64,000 bases of DNA, from positions 19,406,001 through 19,470,000 of the forward strand of contig NC_135830.1 in NCBI RefSeq assembly GCF_964213995.1, in the 5' to 3' direction. Position numbers and translations under genes: made by a program. The DNA is from Mustelus asterias (taxonomy: Eukaryota). Position 1 is the first letter of the stretch. Each line of letters starts with the position of its first letter. Positions 1-13,082 of the stretch are shown here, one piece after another. The notes beneath the pieces were generated by a model that saw nothing but the letters and a program-made list of their open reading frames with translations, was not told where the DNA came from and made no database searches.

Positions 1-290
1 AGCCTGGGACATTCAAAGCAGACAAAGCAATTGATGAGGATTCAAACTGAAGTTCGCATTAGTTCCGCGCATGGGTCCACCTGAATTTAAGTATAAATAG
101 GAACAATAGGAACAAGAAAAAGTACAGCCGCATAATCGTGGAACAAGATCTTTCAGTAATCTGAGAATTCACTAATCTCCCGAGAAGAGGCCATTTACCT
201 CACATCACCACCAGACGGAGCCTCTTCACCGTGTTGTTGTGTTCCCTGTATCGGGAGCGGGTTTCATCACATACCGATATGATCGGGAGC

Positions 291-460
291 CATAATCCAG
301 GAGTATTGGATGAATTGTTGGATTACACAGTAAAATGATAAAGAACAGTAATGGAGGATACCTGATTTAATTGTTGGATTACACAATGATATGTTAAGGC
401 GCAGAAATCCAGGAGAACTGGATTAGTTCCTGGATTACACAGTGATATTTAACAGAGCAG
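291..460. repeat. Degenerate tandem repeat, about 57 bp x 3
   Basis: GGATTACACA at about 320, 376 and 433. Confidence 0.7.
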
Positions 461-1510
461 ATATGGGTGCTAAGTTTACTGACGACACAAAGATAGATAG
501 GAAAATAAATGGTGAAGAGGATGTAAGGAGGCGATAAAGGGACATAAATAGGTTAAATGAATTGGCAAAGCTCCGCCAAATTGATTATAAATGCGGAAAT
601 GTCCATTTTGGCATGATGAATATAAAATACACTTAATCTCTAAATAGTGAGACATCACAAATTTCTGAGGTACTGAGGGATTTGGCTATCCTCGGGCGTG
701 AACCAAGAGGGGCTACTGTGCAGGTATAGCAATTAATTAGAAATGTCATAAAATGTTACCATTTATTACGAGGGAATGTATTATTAAATAGGAAGGTAAA
801 GATTCATAAGATATAGGAGCAGAATTAGGCCATTCGATCATTGAGTCCGCTCCGCCATTCGATCATGGCTGATATGCCTCTCATCCCCATTTTCCTGCTT
901 TCTCCCCATAACCCTCCAATTACCAATTAAAAATCTGCCTAACTGCTCCTTAAATTTACTCACTGTTCCACCATCCACCGCACTTTGGAGTAGCGAATTC
1001 CACAGATTTACAACACTTTGGGAGAAGTAGTTTCTCCTCAACTCTTTTAAATTTGCTATCCTTATCCTAAGACTATGACCTCTCGAACTAGAATGCCCCA
1101 CAAGAGGAAGCACCGGCTTCACGTCTACTTTATTCATATCTTTCATCATCTTGTCTACCTCAATTTGATCTCTCCCCCCCCCCCCCCCCCCCATTCTTCT
1201 AAATTCCGGTATCTTTCCGTTGTACAGGGCATTGGTGAGACCACATCTGGAGCATTTTGCACAATACTTTTTCCTTATCGATAGAAAGATGATAATGCGT
1301 TAGAAAACGTTCAGAGAAGGTTTGCAATAGTATTACCAGGTATGAGCGGGTTACCTGTATCAGCGGAAAGGATACTGATGCTGGCTTTGTATCCAATGGA
1401 GTTTCGAAGATTCAGAGATAACTTTATTGAAACCTTTAAAACCCTAAAGGATATTAACGGTGAGGATGTGGAGCGGATGGTTACTCGTGCCGTGTTGTAG
1501 CTGTACTGGA
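455..1510. mobile_element. Old plus-strand CR1 fragment with nested minus-strand CR1 3' end (about 825-1205)
   Basis: KFTDDTK and VRPHLE relics; ELRRNYFSQ on the minus strand. Confidence 0.7.
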
Positions 1511-1806
1511 TATTTCTGGGGCTTTGTATTTCTCGGCGTGTATATATCTCGGCGCTTGGTTCTGCATCTGTTTACAATGCGGTTGTACTGTCCACGGGAG
1601 GGCTCTCTCTGGTCGCTTACCAAACATCACAGTCGCCTTCTGCAGAGAGTGACTATTTGCAGATATAAAAATGGGCGGGGGAAATAAATCCCAGCCAGTC
1701 GCATCACGCCTTGTTGATTCTTTCAATTTCTCACATTCCAGGTCCGGTACAGGCGGAAATCATTGTTTCTGTTTCTGGAGCTCAGACTGGAAGGCTCGCA
1801 GTGAAA

Positions 1807-2277
1807 ATGTTCCTGACTCTGGTTATTGTTCTGATCACAGGTCAGTGATTCTGATCACATATTGCAAAGTATGTTGCAAACCTTGTGCTATTTCCCTTTC
1901 CCATCTCTCTGTGACTACTGTCTTCTTCTGCCTCCTAACCCACTGTGTGTCCGCTGTTTATTTCCAGAGATGAGTAACGGAGACTCAGTCTCCCAGTCAG
2001 AACCAGGAGTTGAAGTAGCAGAGGGTGAAGATTCAGCAATACCCTGCAGTTACTCTGCGTCGAGTTCAGCTGTACAACATGACCTGTTCTGGGATCGCCA
2101 GTATCCACACCGAGCTCCTCAGTATCTGCTCAAAGCCAATTGTTTTGGGTTTACCGATGCGGCTCCCGGCTTTGAACACTTCAGCGGGAATCTCAACCAA
2201 ATACAAAGCACTTTTCACTTGTCCATGAAAGACTTGAAGATAAGAGACAGCGCCGTGTATCACTGTGCACTGAGACA
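1807..2277 (+). CDS. TCR alpha/delta-type V segment, family A (open frame, defective RSS heptamer). Leader 1807-1840, V exon 1968-2277
   Basis: Leader MFLTLVIVLIT with GT donor at 1841 and tttccag acceptor. V exon DSVSQ..C..LFWDRQ..DSAVYHCALR. WYRQ is changed to WDRQ. Confidence 0.85.
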
Positions 2278-2316
2278 GACAGTGAATGAGGCTCCCATGG
2301 CCCTCTTACAAAAACT
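2278..2316 (+). other. 23-RSS with mutated heptamer
   Basis: GACAGTG (invariant first C lost) + 23 nt + ACAAAAACT. Confidence 0.85.
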
Positions 2317-2559
2317 GGTACAGGTCCACAATCAAGTGTTAGGTATCAGGAAAAAAGAAGTTTGAAGTAGAATCGATAGCCATTGATTTCAGCTATTCGA
2401 CCAGAGACAGTTGTACCTGATAAGAACGTGATAAGAAAGGATGATTTCCGAGAGCCGCTTGTCCCTCTGGAATACAAGAGGGGAACAATGCTATTGTACC
2501 CGTACCCGCTGCAGTAAACATGCAAACGTGGTGAGGCAGCTCCCTCTCGTGGCGATCGG

Positions 2560-3300
2560 ATTTGATTTGATTTATTATTATCACATGTATTAGTATATAG
2601 TGAAAAGTATTTTTTCATACGCGCGATATAGACAAAGCACACCGTTCATAGAGAGGGAAACGAGAGTGTAGAGTGTGGTGTTACAGTCATAGCTAGAGTG
2701 TAGAGAAAGATCAACTTAATGCAAGGGAGGTCCATTCAACATTCTGACGGCAGCAGGGAAGAAGCTGTTCTTGAGTGAGTTGGTGCGTGACCTCAGACTT
2801 TTGTATCTTTATCCCGACGGAGCAAGGTGGAAGAGAGAATGCTTGATTATGCTGGCTGCTTTTCAGAGGCACCGGGAAGTGTTGACAGAGTCAATGGATG
2901 GGAAGCTGAATTGCGTGATGGATTGGGCTACATTCATAGAAATCATAGAAACCCTACAGTGCAGGAGGAGGCCATTCGGCCCATCGAGTCTGCACCGACC
3001 ACAATCCCACCCAGGCCCGACCCCCACATATTTACCTGCTAATCCCTCTTAACCTACGCATCTCAGGACTCTAAGGGGCAATTTTAACCTGGCCAATCAA
3101 CCTAACCCGCACATCTTTGGACTGTGGGAGGAAACCGGAGCACCCGGAGGAAACCCACGCAGACACGAGGAGAATGTGCAAACTCCACACAGACAGTGAC
3201 CCGAGCCGGGAATCGAACCCGGGACCCTGGAGCTGTGAAGCAGCAGTGCTAACCACTGTGCTACCGTGCCGTAACGTTCAAGAACGTTTGTAGTTTGCTG
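2560..3300 (-). mobile_element. Rex/Babar-type 3' end with nested HE1 SINE (2936-3271)
   Basis: (gattt)n tail; RLKNSFFPAA-like relic; SINE head and tail. Confidence 0.75.
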
Positions 3301-3954
3301 CGGCCTGGGGATTTCTAGGGATTCCCTCCCTGTCGGAGGTAAATGGCAATTTCCAGGAAAATCACCAAATTCTCACGTTCCTGAAGACTGTTGTGATACT
3401 ATGATGTCGTATTATTCGTGAACGTATTGTCATTACTGTAACGCACTGAACTTATACATGAGAGATAATTTCACCTTTATTTTAAATCCTGACGATCTTC
3501 GGTTAGTGTAATATCCCAGCAGACCTGGTGAAAGACTGTGGGAGGAAACCGGAGCACCCGGAGGAAACCTACGCAGACACGGTAAGGACGTGCAAACTCC
3601 ACACAGACAGTCACCCAAGGCCGGAATTGAACCCGGGTCCCTGACGATTTGAAGCGGGGAGACCTGTCGAAATTGGATTTTTGACACTCTGAACTTCAAC
3701 CTCATCAAGTAATTCAACCTCATCAGTTGTAGATCCATGAGTCAATTAAGCAACGTCCATATATTTCTACGCAGTAATATATGTTCTATGTTAGTTACTT
3801 TGGAATGCCATCAAACAACAAAAATAATGTCGGATTAATATTAAGTAGCAAACGTGACAAAAACAAAACAATGAGATCGGCTTAAGCAGCGGCAATAATA
3901 AAATCAAAGCAATATTGCCCGTAATAATTTGGCATAATAATATTTCACTAACAT

Positions 3955-4990
3955 CATAGAACACAGAAAAGTAAAGCACAGGAACAGGCTCTTCGGCCCT
4001 TCAAGCCTGTGCCGACCATGATGCCCTAAATGAAAAGAAACCTGCCCTTACTCGGTCCGTATCCCTCTATTGTCTCCCTATTCATGTACCCATCCAGATG
4101 CTTCTTAAGTTTGCTAACGTGCCTCCTTCCATCATCTCCTCTGGCAGCGCGTTCCAAGCACCCACCACTCTCTCCGTAAAAAACGTCCCCATGCATCTGC
4201 CTGAAACTTTCCCCCTCTCACCTTGAACTGTGCCGCCTTTTAATTGACACTTCCACCCTTGGAAAAAAGCCTCTGACTATCCACCCTGTCCATGCCTCTC
4301 GTAATTTTGTAGGCCTCAATCAGGTCTCCCCTCAGCCTCCGTCTTTCCAGTGAAAGCTATCCTGGTTTATTCAACCTCTCCTCATAGCCAACGCCCTCAA
4401 GTTTAGGCAATATCCTGGTGAACCTTATTTGCACTCTCTCCAAAGCTGACCAAAACTGCACGTAATACTCCAAATGTCGCCTAACCATGGTTTTATATAT
4501 CTGCAACATGATTTCACAACTCCATTACTCAATGCCCGGCTGATGAAGGCAAGCATCTTATATGCCTTTTTAATCACATTGGCCACCTCTGCTGCCACTT
4601 TTAGGAAATCATGTACCTGCACTCCCAGATCCCTCTGTATGTTAATGTTACTAAGGGTTCTGTCCCCTGGTACTTGACTTTTCTAGCCTAATAAAGAGTA
4701 TAACTAGAAGCAGGAGTAGGCCATTTGGCCCCTCGAGCTTGCTCCGCCATTCAATAAGATCATGGCTGATATTTCCATGGACTCAGCTCCACTTACCCGA
4801 CCACTCACCAGAACCCTCAATTCCTTTACTGTTCAAAAATGTATTCGTCTGATTATCCACTCTGTCCATGCCCCTCATAATCTTGTAAACATCTATCAGG
4901 TCGGCCCTCAACCACCATCGCTCCAGTGAGAACAAGCCGAGTTTATCCAAACTCCCCTCATAGCTAATGCCACCCAGGCCAGGCAACATG
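3955..4990 (-). mobile_element. CR1-type LINE 3' fragments
   Basis: ORF2 C-terminal relics and tails. Confidence 0.8.
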
Positions 4991-5364
4991 CATGTTCCCC
5001 TTCAAGAAACACGCCATCCTGACTTAGAATATATGGCGTTCCTTTCACTGTTCTGGGGTCAAAGTCGTGGGACTCACTCTCTAACAGCACTGTGGGTGAA
5101 CCTACAAGACATTACTGCTGTGGCTCAAGAAGGCAGCTCGCCACCAGCTTCTCAAGGGTAATTAATGTTGCGCAATAAATGCTGGCCTTAACAATAACGT
5201 TCAGGTTTTATCAAAGATTAAAGGAAACACTCAAACAGTAACCATTCCGACAATCAAACCAACAACGGAACCAACCTCCTTCGCCCACCTGCTGGCGAGT
5301 GCTTCTAAACTTTATGAACCGAATTCAGAATAAATGGGCGACTCGGGGTAACTTGCACTGATTT

Positions 5365-6936
5365 TTTTATTATTCATTTGTGAGACATGGGCGTCACTCG
5401 CTGCCCAGCATTTATTGCCCATCCCTAGGTGCCCGAGAGCAGTTGAGAGTCAACCACACTGCTGCGGCTCTGGAGTCACATTAAGCCAGAGCAGGTAAGG
5501 GCGGCACATTTCCTTCCCTTGCAGACACTATAGTTAAGAAAGTCCACCAATGCCTCGACTTTCTCAGGAGACTAAGGAAATTTGGAATGTCAGCTATGAC
5601 TCTCACCAACCTTTACAGATGCACCACAGAAAACATTCTTTCTGATTGTATCACAGCTTGGTTTGGCTCCTGCGCTGCCCAAGACCGCAAGAAACTGCAA
5701 AGATTCGAGAATGAAGCCGAGTCCACCACGCAAACCATCCATTGACTCTGTCTACACTGCCCGCTGCCTCGGAAAAGCAACCAGTATAATTAAGGACCCC
5801 AGGCACCCCGGACACATACTCTTTTCCACCTTCTCCCGTCGGGAAGAAGATACAACAGTCTGAGGTCACATACCAACCGATTCAAGAACAGCTTCTTCCC
5901 TGCTGCCATCAGACCTGTGATTGAACCTACCTTATATTAAGTTGACCTTTCCCTGCATCCTAGCTATGACTGCAAACCTACATTCTACACCCTTTCCTTT
6001 ACGGGCGGCACGGTAGCGCAGTGGTTAGCACTGCTGCTTCACAGCTCCAGGGTCCCGGGTTCGATTCCCCGGCTTGGGTCACTGTCTGTGTGGAGTTTGC
6101 ACATTCTCCTCGTGTCTGCGTGGGTTTCCTCCGGGTGCTCCGGTTTCCTCCCACAGTCCAAAGATGTGCGGGTTAGGTTGATTGGCCAGGTTAAAAATTG
6201 CCCCTTAGAGTCCTGTGATGCGTAGGTTAGAGGGATTAGCGGGTAAATATGTGGAGGTAGGGCCTGGGTGGGATTGTGGTCGGTGCAGACTCGATGGGCC
6301 GAATGGCCTCCTTCTGCACTGTAGGGTTTCTATGATTCTATGATTTACATCTCGATGAACGATATGCCTTGTCTGTACAGCGCGCAAGAGACAAAACCTT
6401 TTACGCTATACTGATACATGTGACAATAATAAATCAAATCAAATCGAATAAAGTTTATTTATTAGTCACAAGAAAGGCTTACATTAACACTGCAATGAAG
6501 TTACTGTGAAATTCTCCTAGTTGCCACAAAACGGCGCCTGTTCGGGTTAAGTGAGGGAGAGTTTAGCATGGCCAATGCACCTCACCAGCACGTTTTTCAA
6601 ACTGTGGGAGGAAACCGGAACATTCGGAGGAAACCCACGCAGACATGCGGGGGGGAGAACGTAGAGATTCTGCACAGACAGTGATCCGGGCTGGAAATCG
6701 AGCCCTGGTCCCTGGCGCTGTGAGGCAGCAGTGCTAACCACTGTGCCACCATGAACCAGATGGAGTGTTCCAATAATTAGCAATGAGTCATGGTCATCAA
6801 TCGACTATTAATTCCAGATCTCTTTTATTGAATTCAAATTCCACAACCTCTGTGGCGAGTTTCGAACCCGGGATCCCAGAACCTTAGCAGAGTTTCTGGA
6901 TTAATAGTCGAGCGATAATACCACCAGGTCATCGCC
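5365..6936. mobile_element. Nested stack: second tRNA-headed SINE containing a Rex fragment, HE1 SINE (6003-6344, plus) and an alternative-tail SINE (6450-6750, minus)
   Basis: Outer SINE halves at 5365-5520 and 6750-6936; paralogous stacks at 26110-27290 and 56300-57530. Confidence 0.7.
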
Positions 6937-7110
6937 TAAAAAAAGCTGAAATTATAAAGTAACACACACAAATAACAAATTGTACGAATAATTAGTTATC
7001 TTTCTTCTTCCCAATTGATCAGTGCTACAACAGACGTTGGCAGAAGCCGCTTCCGTCAAGCAAAGAGGCGAGAGTTCCTTTCCGTGGATTCAACTGTTGT
7101 TATCAGTGTA

Positions 7111-7413
7111 ATCTCAGGGAGCAGCAAGTAACTGCAGTGTCTCTCAGTTACAGCCCAGATAACACTTCTTTTTTCTGGTCAAGCTTTTGAGTTGTTATAT
7201 AAAAAAAAGATTTGGCAAAACCTGTTTCATCTCTGAACCGTTCGTGTTTTGATCAGAGTAAACGCTGGCTGTGTTTCTGGTTGTTGCCGGTAGCAGTATA
7301 AATTACAGCTGTCGTTAGTTGCAGTAGTAGAGATAGAGGTTAAAGCCACCGCTTCTCCTTCTGTCTTAACTCCTGAGGGCAGCAGCTGGCGACAGAACCT
7401 TCATGAGTCAGAT
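7111..7413 (-). pseudogene. Decayed TCR V pseudogene, family E copy 1
   Basis: Broken frames give GVKTEGEAVALT..NLYCYRQQPETQP..GL*LRDTAVTCCSLR, then heptamer relic TACACTG (7104-7110). Confidence 0.75.
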
Positions 7414-7559
7414 GTTCGAACATTGAAAGATCCAACAGGCGGGAGTTTAAAATTGAGATTCAAAACGTGTTGAAAGTAAGAGGAAAAGTAAAATGTTTTT
7501 ACTCCTCTAAGATCGTCACCACCACCGTTTTGCAAACAGTAATGGATTGTCCAGATGAA

Positions 7560-8075
7560 ATTATAGAAAGGATATTGTTAAACAAGAAAGAGTGCAGAAA
7601 AGATTTACTAGGATGCTTCCGGGACTCCATGGTTTGAGTTATAAGCAGAGGCTGGATAGACTGGGACTATTTTCTTTGGAGCGTAGGAGACTTAGGGATG
7701 ATCTTCTAGAGGTCTATAAAACAAAGAGAGGCATAGATCAGCTCGACAATCAACATCGTTTTCCAAAGGTAGGGGAGTCTAAAGCTTGAGGGCCCAGGTT
7801 TTAGATGAGATGGGAGAGATACAAAAGGTCCAGGGGGCACTTTTTTCACACAGAGAGCATTGAGTGTCTGGAACGAGCTGCCAGAGACAGTCGTAGATGC
7901 GGGTACAATTTTGTCTTTTAAAAAGAATTTAGACAGTTTCATGGGTAGGATGGTTATAGAGTGATATGGGCCAAGTATGGGCAATTGGGACTACGTTGGT
8001 GGTTGAAAAAGGGCGGTACAGACAAGTTGGGCTGGAGGCCCAGTTTCCATGCTGCAAACGTCTATGATTCTATAA
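7560..8075 (+). mobile_element. CR1-type LINE 3' fragment
   Basis: RFTRMLPGL..LGLFSLERRRLR. Confidence 0.85.
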
Positions 8076-8483
8076 TTAGGGGGCGAATGATTCTTTTTAG
8101 CTGAGGAGGAAATACGTCATGGGCCACAGGAAGAGTGAGAAATTGTTCAGAATGTCGCCCTCCATGTCTGTAACTGCAGAACAGGAATTCATCTGTCACA
8201 GCAAGTACAGGTCCTTACCCACAGCACTGCTGACCCAACCGTTGGCAAAGAGGGGCAGCAAAATCGCCGTGAGCAGATATGACGGCAGGCGGATCCTACA
8301 ACTGGTGGCGTTGATCAATGTGGTATCTGTCTGCGGCAAATTATCAGACTTTTCTCAAGTCCTATCTCAGTGATCCCTTCCTTATTTCTGTGAAACAAAT
8401 AATCCCAAGGAGACAGATTCCGGCCGCAGTGATCCGCTGCAGAAGGACGTGTTTTTGTTTCAATCAGTACTCTATCTACAAAG

Positions 8484-9498
8484 TAAGAATTCTCACAACA
8501 CCAGGTGAAAGTCCAACAGGTTTATTTGGCAGCACGAGCTTTTGGATCGCTGCTCCTTCTTCAGGTGAGTGGGAGTTGGGTTCAAAAACAGGGCATATAT
8601 TGACACAAAGTCAATTACAAGATAATGGTTGGAATGCGAGTCTTAGCAGGTACAGGCAATGCGAGTGGAGAGAGGGTTAAGCACAGGTTAAAGAGGTGTG
8701 AATTATCTCAGGCGAGTACAGTTAGTGAGATTTTGCAAGCCCAGGCAAGTCGCGGGGGTTACAGATAGTGTGACATGAACCCAAGATCCCAGTTGAGGCC
8801 GTCCTCATGTGTGTGGAACTTGGCTATCAGTTTGTGCTCGGCGATTCTGCGCTGTCGTGTGTCTTGAGGGCCGCCTTGGAGAACGCTTACCCGAAGATCA
8901 GAGGCTGAATGCCCTTGACTACTGAAGTGTTCCCCGACAGGAAGGTAACACTCCTGCCTGGTGATTGTCGAGCAGCGTCCATTCATCCATTGTCGTAACG
9001 CCTGCATGGCCTCGCCGATGTACCATGCCTCAGGACATCCTTTCCTGCAGCGTATCAGGTAGACAACGCTGGCCGAGTCGCAAGAGTAGGTACCGTGTAC
9101 CTGGTGGATGGTGTTCTCACGTGAGATGATGGCATCCGCTTCGATGATCCGGCACGTCTTGCAGAGGTTGCTGTGGCAGGTTTGTGTGGTGTCGTGGTCA
9201 CTGTTCTCCTGAATGCTGGGTAGTTTGCTGCGTACAATTGTCTGTTTGAGATTGCACGGTTGTTTGAAGGCAAGTAGTGGGGGTGTGGGGATGGCCTTAG
9301 CGAGATGTTCGTCTTCATCCATAACAAGCTGAAGGCTCTGCAGAAGATGTCGTAGCTTCTCCACTCGGGGGGAGTACTGGACGCAGTACGGGGAAGCTAC
9401 GAAAGCTTGTGCTATCAAATAACCCTGTTGGACTTTAACGTGGTGTTGTGAAACTTCCCACTGTGCCCACCCCAGTCCAGCGCCGGCATCTCCACATC
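8484..9498 (-). mobile_element. 5'-truncated Penelope-like retroelement (GIY-YIG endonuclease end plus inverted pLTR)
   Basis: ORF with VVYLIRC..WYIGE..R..VGEHF..E..GLN; inverted terminal repeat; TSD CTATCT(A/G)CAAAG. Empty site in the paralog at 28743. Confidence 0.9.
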
Positions 9499-10558
9499 CT
9501 ATCTGCAAAGCACGTGAACAGAGCCCAGTCCATCACTCAAACATGCCCTCCATCCATTGACTCCGTCTACACTTCCCGCTGCCTCGGAAAAACAGCCAGT
9601 ATAATCAAGGACCCACGTACCCTGGACATTCTCTCTTCCACTTCTTCCGTCAAGAAAAAGATACAAAAGTCTGAGATCACGCACCAACCGACTCAAGAAT
9701 AGCTTCTTCCCTGCTGCCATCAAACGTTTGAACGGACTTCCTCATAGTAAGTTGATCTTTCTCTACACCCTAGCTATGCATGTAACACTACATTTGGCAC
9801 TGTTTCGTTTTCTTCTCTATGAACGGTATGTTTGTCTGTATAGCGCGCAAGAAACAATACTTTGTAAACCAATACATGTGACGATAATAAATCGAATCCT
9901 ACCAAATCAAAAATCTTCCTGACCGGCACCTACACCAATATCAGATGCATCATGTATTGAAAACATGTCCTACAATTTTACTCCAAATTGAATTGTTGAG
10001 ACGTACACCGGGACATGAGTTCAAAGCATGAAAAATACTTAACAGATAATATCGAGAAATCACGTGAACTGGAATACACCAGAAACGGTGTCGTCTCTGA
10101 ACTGTAAACGGGATGCTCTGGAGATATTCGACAGGACTAGCGGGGGATTTAAAGATGGACATAGACTGAACATTTTAAACTATCGTGTATCTCCGAACTG
10201 GAGTAAACAGTGACAGGCGGAACAGGCTTTAAGCATTTGCAGTGACAGGTAAAAGCGGGAAAGCAGAAAGAGCAAAAAAGCAGGTCAGCGATTGAGTGGA
10301 ATGCAGGAATGGTTAAATGGCAAAGCAGATGATAGAGCAAGGGAAGGATGAGGTCGTGGGACAAGTTAGTAAGCAATTAATAATCGTGACCATGGTCTAT
10401 CATGAAAAACAGATTGGTGACCACAAGGTGCCGTCTAAAATTCAAAGGGAAAACATTTAAAAACGGGAATACAGTTTAGAATCAGTTATTGTTGAAAGCA
10501 ATCTTGAATCCTGAAGGTTAAAATACTTGGGCGCTGCTCATTGCGTTTCATATCGCCG

Positions 10559-10572
10559 CCACTAGAGGGCAG
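10559..10572 (+). promoter_or_regulatory. CTCF-like motif
   Basis: CCACTAGAGGGCAG; paralogs at 30797 and 45198. Confidence 0.6.
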
Positions 10573-11317
10573 TGGGGACTGTTTGCGTTTAATGTTGGAA
10601 GGAATTCCAGACACACCTGTGTTCAGTGACTTTATTAAAGAAAAAGCCATAAAACGAACAGAGACGGAAACAAACCATTAATTTAAGTTAAGTATGTTTT
10701 TTATGATATTTAGCTCAATTTATTCTTATGTGTTGCCAATATTGCAATTACTGTTGGCAGCTTGTAAATATTCAAGTAAACATTTGGCAGCATCTGTGCA
10801 GAGGGAAACAGTGTTAACATTTCGAGTCCGTATGATCCTTATACAGAATATAAAGCTGCTCTTTGTTTCTCCCCTGCGTTTCAAACAGAATCGGTGCTGG
10901 TTAAAGGGGAGGTAATGACCTCGTGGCATTATCGCCAGACTATTAATCCAGAAGCTCAGCTAATGTTCTGGGGACCCGGGGTCGAATTAGATTTAAATAA
11001 TCCCCACAGTGCAGAAGGACGCCATTAAGCCCTTCGAGCCTGCACCGGGCCATAACTCCATACATTAACCCGAGCTAGTCCCCCTGACATTAAGGGACAA
11101 TTTAGCATGGCCAATCAGCGCATTTTTGGACTGTGGGAGGAAACCGGAAAACGGAAACTCACGGAGACATGGGAGAATGTGCAGACTCCGCAGAGACAGT
11201 GACCCAAGCCGGGAACCGAACCCGAGTCTCTGGCGCTGTGAGGCAGCTGTGCTAACAAATGTGCTACTGTGCCGCCCCATTTGGATTCAATCAAAATATC
11301 TAGAATTAATATCTAGA

Positions 11318-11445
11318 CCCTTTGACAAAGGGTCATCTGGACTCGAAACGTCAGCTCTGTTCTCTCCTTACAGATGCTGCCAGACCTGCTGACATTTTCC
11401 AGCATTTTCTCTTTTGGTTTCAGCATCCGCAGTAATTTGCTTTTA
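11318..11445 (+). mobile_element. Fragment of a second Penelope-related family with decayed hammerhead core
   Basis: ttgacaa-agggtc..gactc-GAAACGTC; related relics at about 10790, 31030 and 45430 on the minus strand. Confidence 0.5.
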
Positions 11446-11845
11446 TCTACAATTAAGGATCTATTGATGATTGTGAAACCATTGTCGATTGTCAGAAAAC
11501 TTCATCTGGTTCACTAACATTACTTAGGGGAGGAGACCTGCCGTTACCCGCTCTGGTCTATGTGTGACTCTCTGTTGTTGACTCTGAACTGTCCTCGGAC
11601 AACTAGGGATGGGCAATAAATTCTGGCCAGCTCTGTCACACGAATGAATTTAAAAATGATAAGAGCCAGTGTATGCCCAACTGCCCTACTCAGTTCCTCA
11701 TCAAAAACATTGACCACACTCTGCCACGGTTGGATTTCATTCCAGGTCCAACGCTCTCAAAGGACAAGCGTCTGACTCTCCATCATTATCTTCTGCTAAA
11801 TCCCAGAGATCATAACTGTTTTGAGTCAGGAGATGATAAGTATGA

Positions 11846-11917
11846 CCACCAGAGGGCGTGTCAGTGAGCCGAGAACCTCAGCATTGGAATGCTCCCCGAC
11901 CCTCTGTGTATATATAA
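11846..11917 (+). promoter_or_regulatory. Family B promoter: CTCF-like motif plus TATA
   Basis: CCACCAGAGGGCG then TATATAA; paralogs at 24660 (minus), 31328, 41688 and 48320. Confidence 0.65.
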
Positions 11918-12042
11918 GAGAAACCTGCCTTCATAGCAAGGCAGAGGATAACATCATCAAGTGTACATTAGAATCATCCCAAATGGAATCAATTTTCCTG
12001 CAATATTTCTGACTCACTGAACGCAATAAACAGGAAAACGCA

Positions 12043-12431
12043 ATGAATGAAATAATGACTCTCAAATTATTGATTTTAGGTGAGTGTTTTGTGCAGGCAA
12101 TCGTATTTCCATCTTTTTGTTTTGTGTTTCTAATTTTTTTGTTCCCTCTTTTCTCAACAGTTATCAGCGGAGAGGCTGCGATCCACCAACCACAGCTGAT
12201 ACATGCACAAGGGGGACAATCGATTGAAATCCGGTGCAATGCAAGTACTAGCAGCACCGACAGTGCAGATATCTAAGGAATCGCGGTCCGAAATTCACCC
12301 TATCGGCTATTAGCGGCAACGCCACTGACGGGCGGTTCACGCTCTTTATTGGCCCAACAAGAAGTTAGAACACTCTCGGCATCGACAGCACGGCAATGTC
12401 AGACGCTGGAGTGTATCACTGTGTAATGAGG
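12043..12431 (+). pseudogene. TCR V pseudogene, family B. Leader 12043-12079, exon 12161-12431
   Basis: An approximately 10-nt deletion removes IHW and shifts the frame; TAG further on. RSS CACCGTG-23-ACAATATCT at 12432-12470. Confidence 0.9.
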
Positions 12432-13082
12432 CACCGTGAGACAAAGACTGAGCGCCCCAATACAATATCTACTGCAGCTTCCCATCAGGCAATCTCTACA
12501 CATCTACTGCTCTCTCCCAAATTTGGTGACTCAAATAAGGGGTATCGATCCACAGCCGTCGCCCATTCTCTAAGCGAAAGGTTTCTCAGACCGCCCTGAA
12601 TGTGTTGGCTTCTTTAGTTGATGGAGTGCAGATCATATCTTTCTCGAAGGAAAGGATTTTTCAGGCTGTGCTGAAATGTTGAATTATTTCGTGAGGTACA
12701 GTGAAACATCTTCCACTCGTTCGGTAGGAAATGGTTTTACTGGATTCAAGCACCCTGGGCCAGGAAAGTGCATTTTGAGAGGCACAACCCAAAGGGATTC
12801 TGTTCCCCTCACAATCCCTCACAGGGAGAAGAAGAACCCACTGCCTTTTATAGAAGTAACGTTCTGATGCGAACTGCCGGTGAAGAGAGCAGAGAATCAA
12901 TAAACTTACATCTCAGGTGACGAATGTGCATTTACAACCAATCCAAAAGCAGCAACCCACGTAACAGAGACTTTGATTGGATGATTATGTCTCTAATTAT
13001 GCGAACATTCAGTGCACTCACTCAGTGTGTGCTCTTCCTGTCATCTGTGTGCACCGTTTTCTTTTGACAGAAGAATTGGAAG

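Noticed and set aside
291-460. CRISPR-like repeat/spacer array
   Set aside because: A degenerate eukaryotic tandem repeat with homologous spacers.
3071-3256. Recurrent ORFs such as MVSTAASQ.. and MDCGRKPEH..
   Set aside because: They are translations of HE1 SINE copies, not genes.
9920-10200. Triplicated block (also about 29670 and 44420) as coding sequence
   Set aside because: Stops and large indels differ between copies; no recognisable domain.
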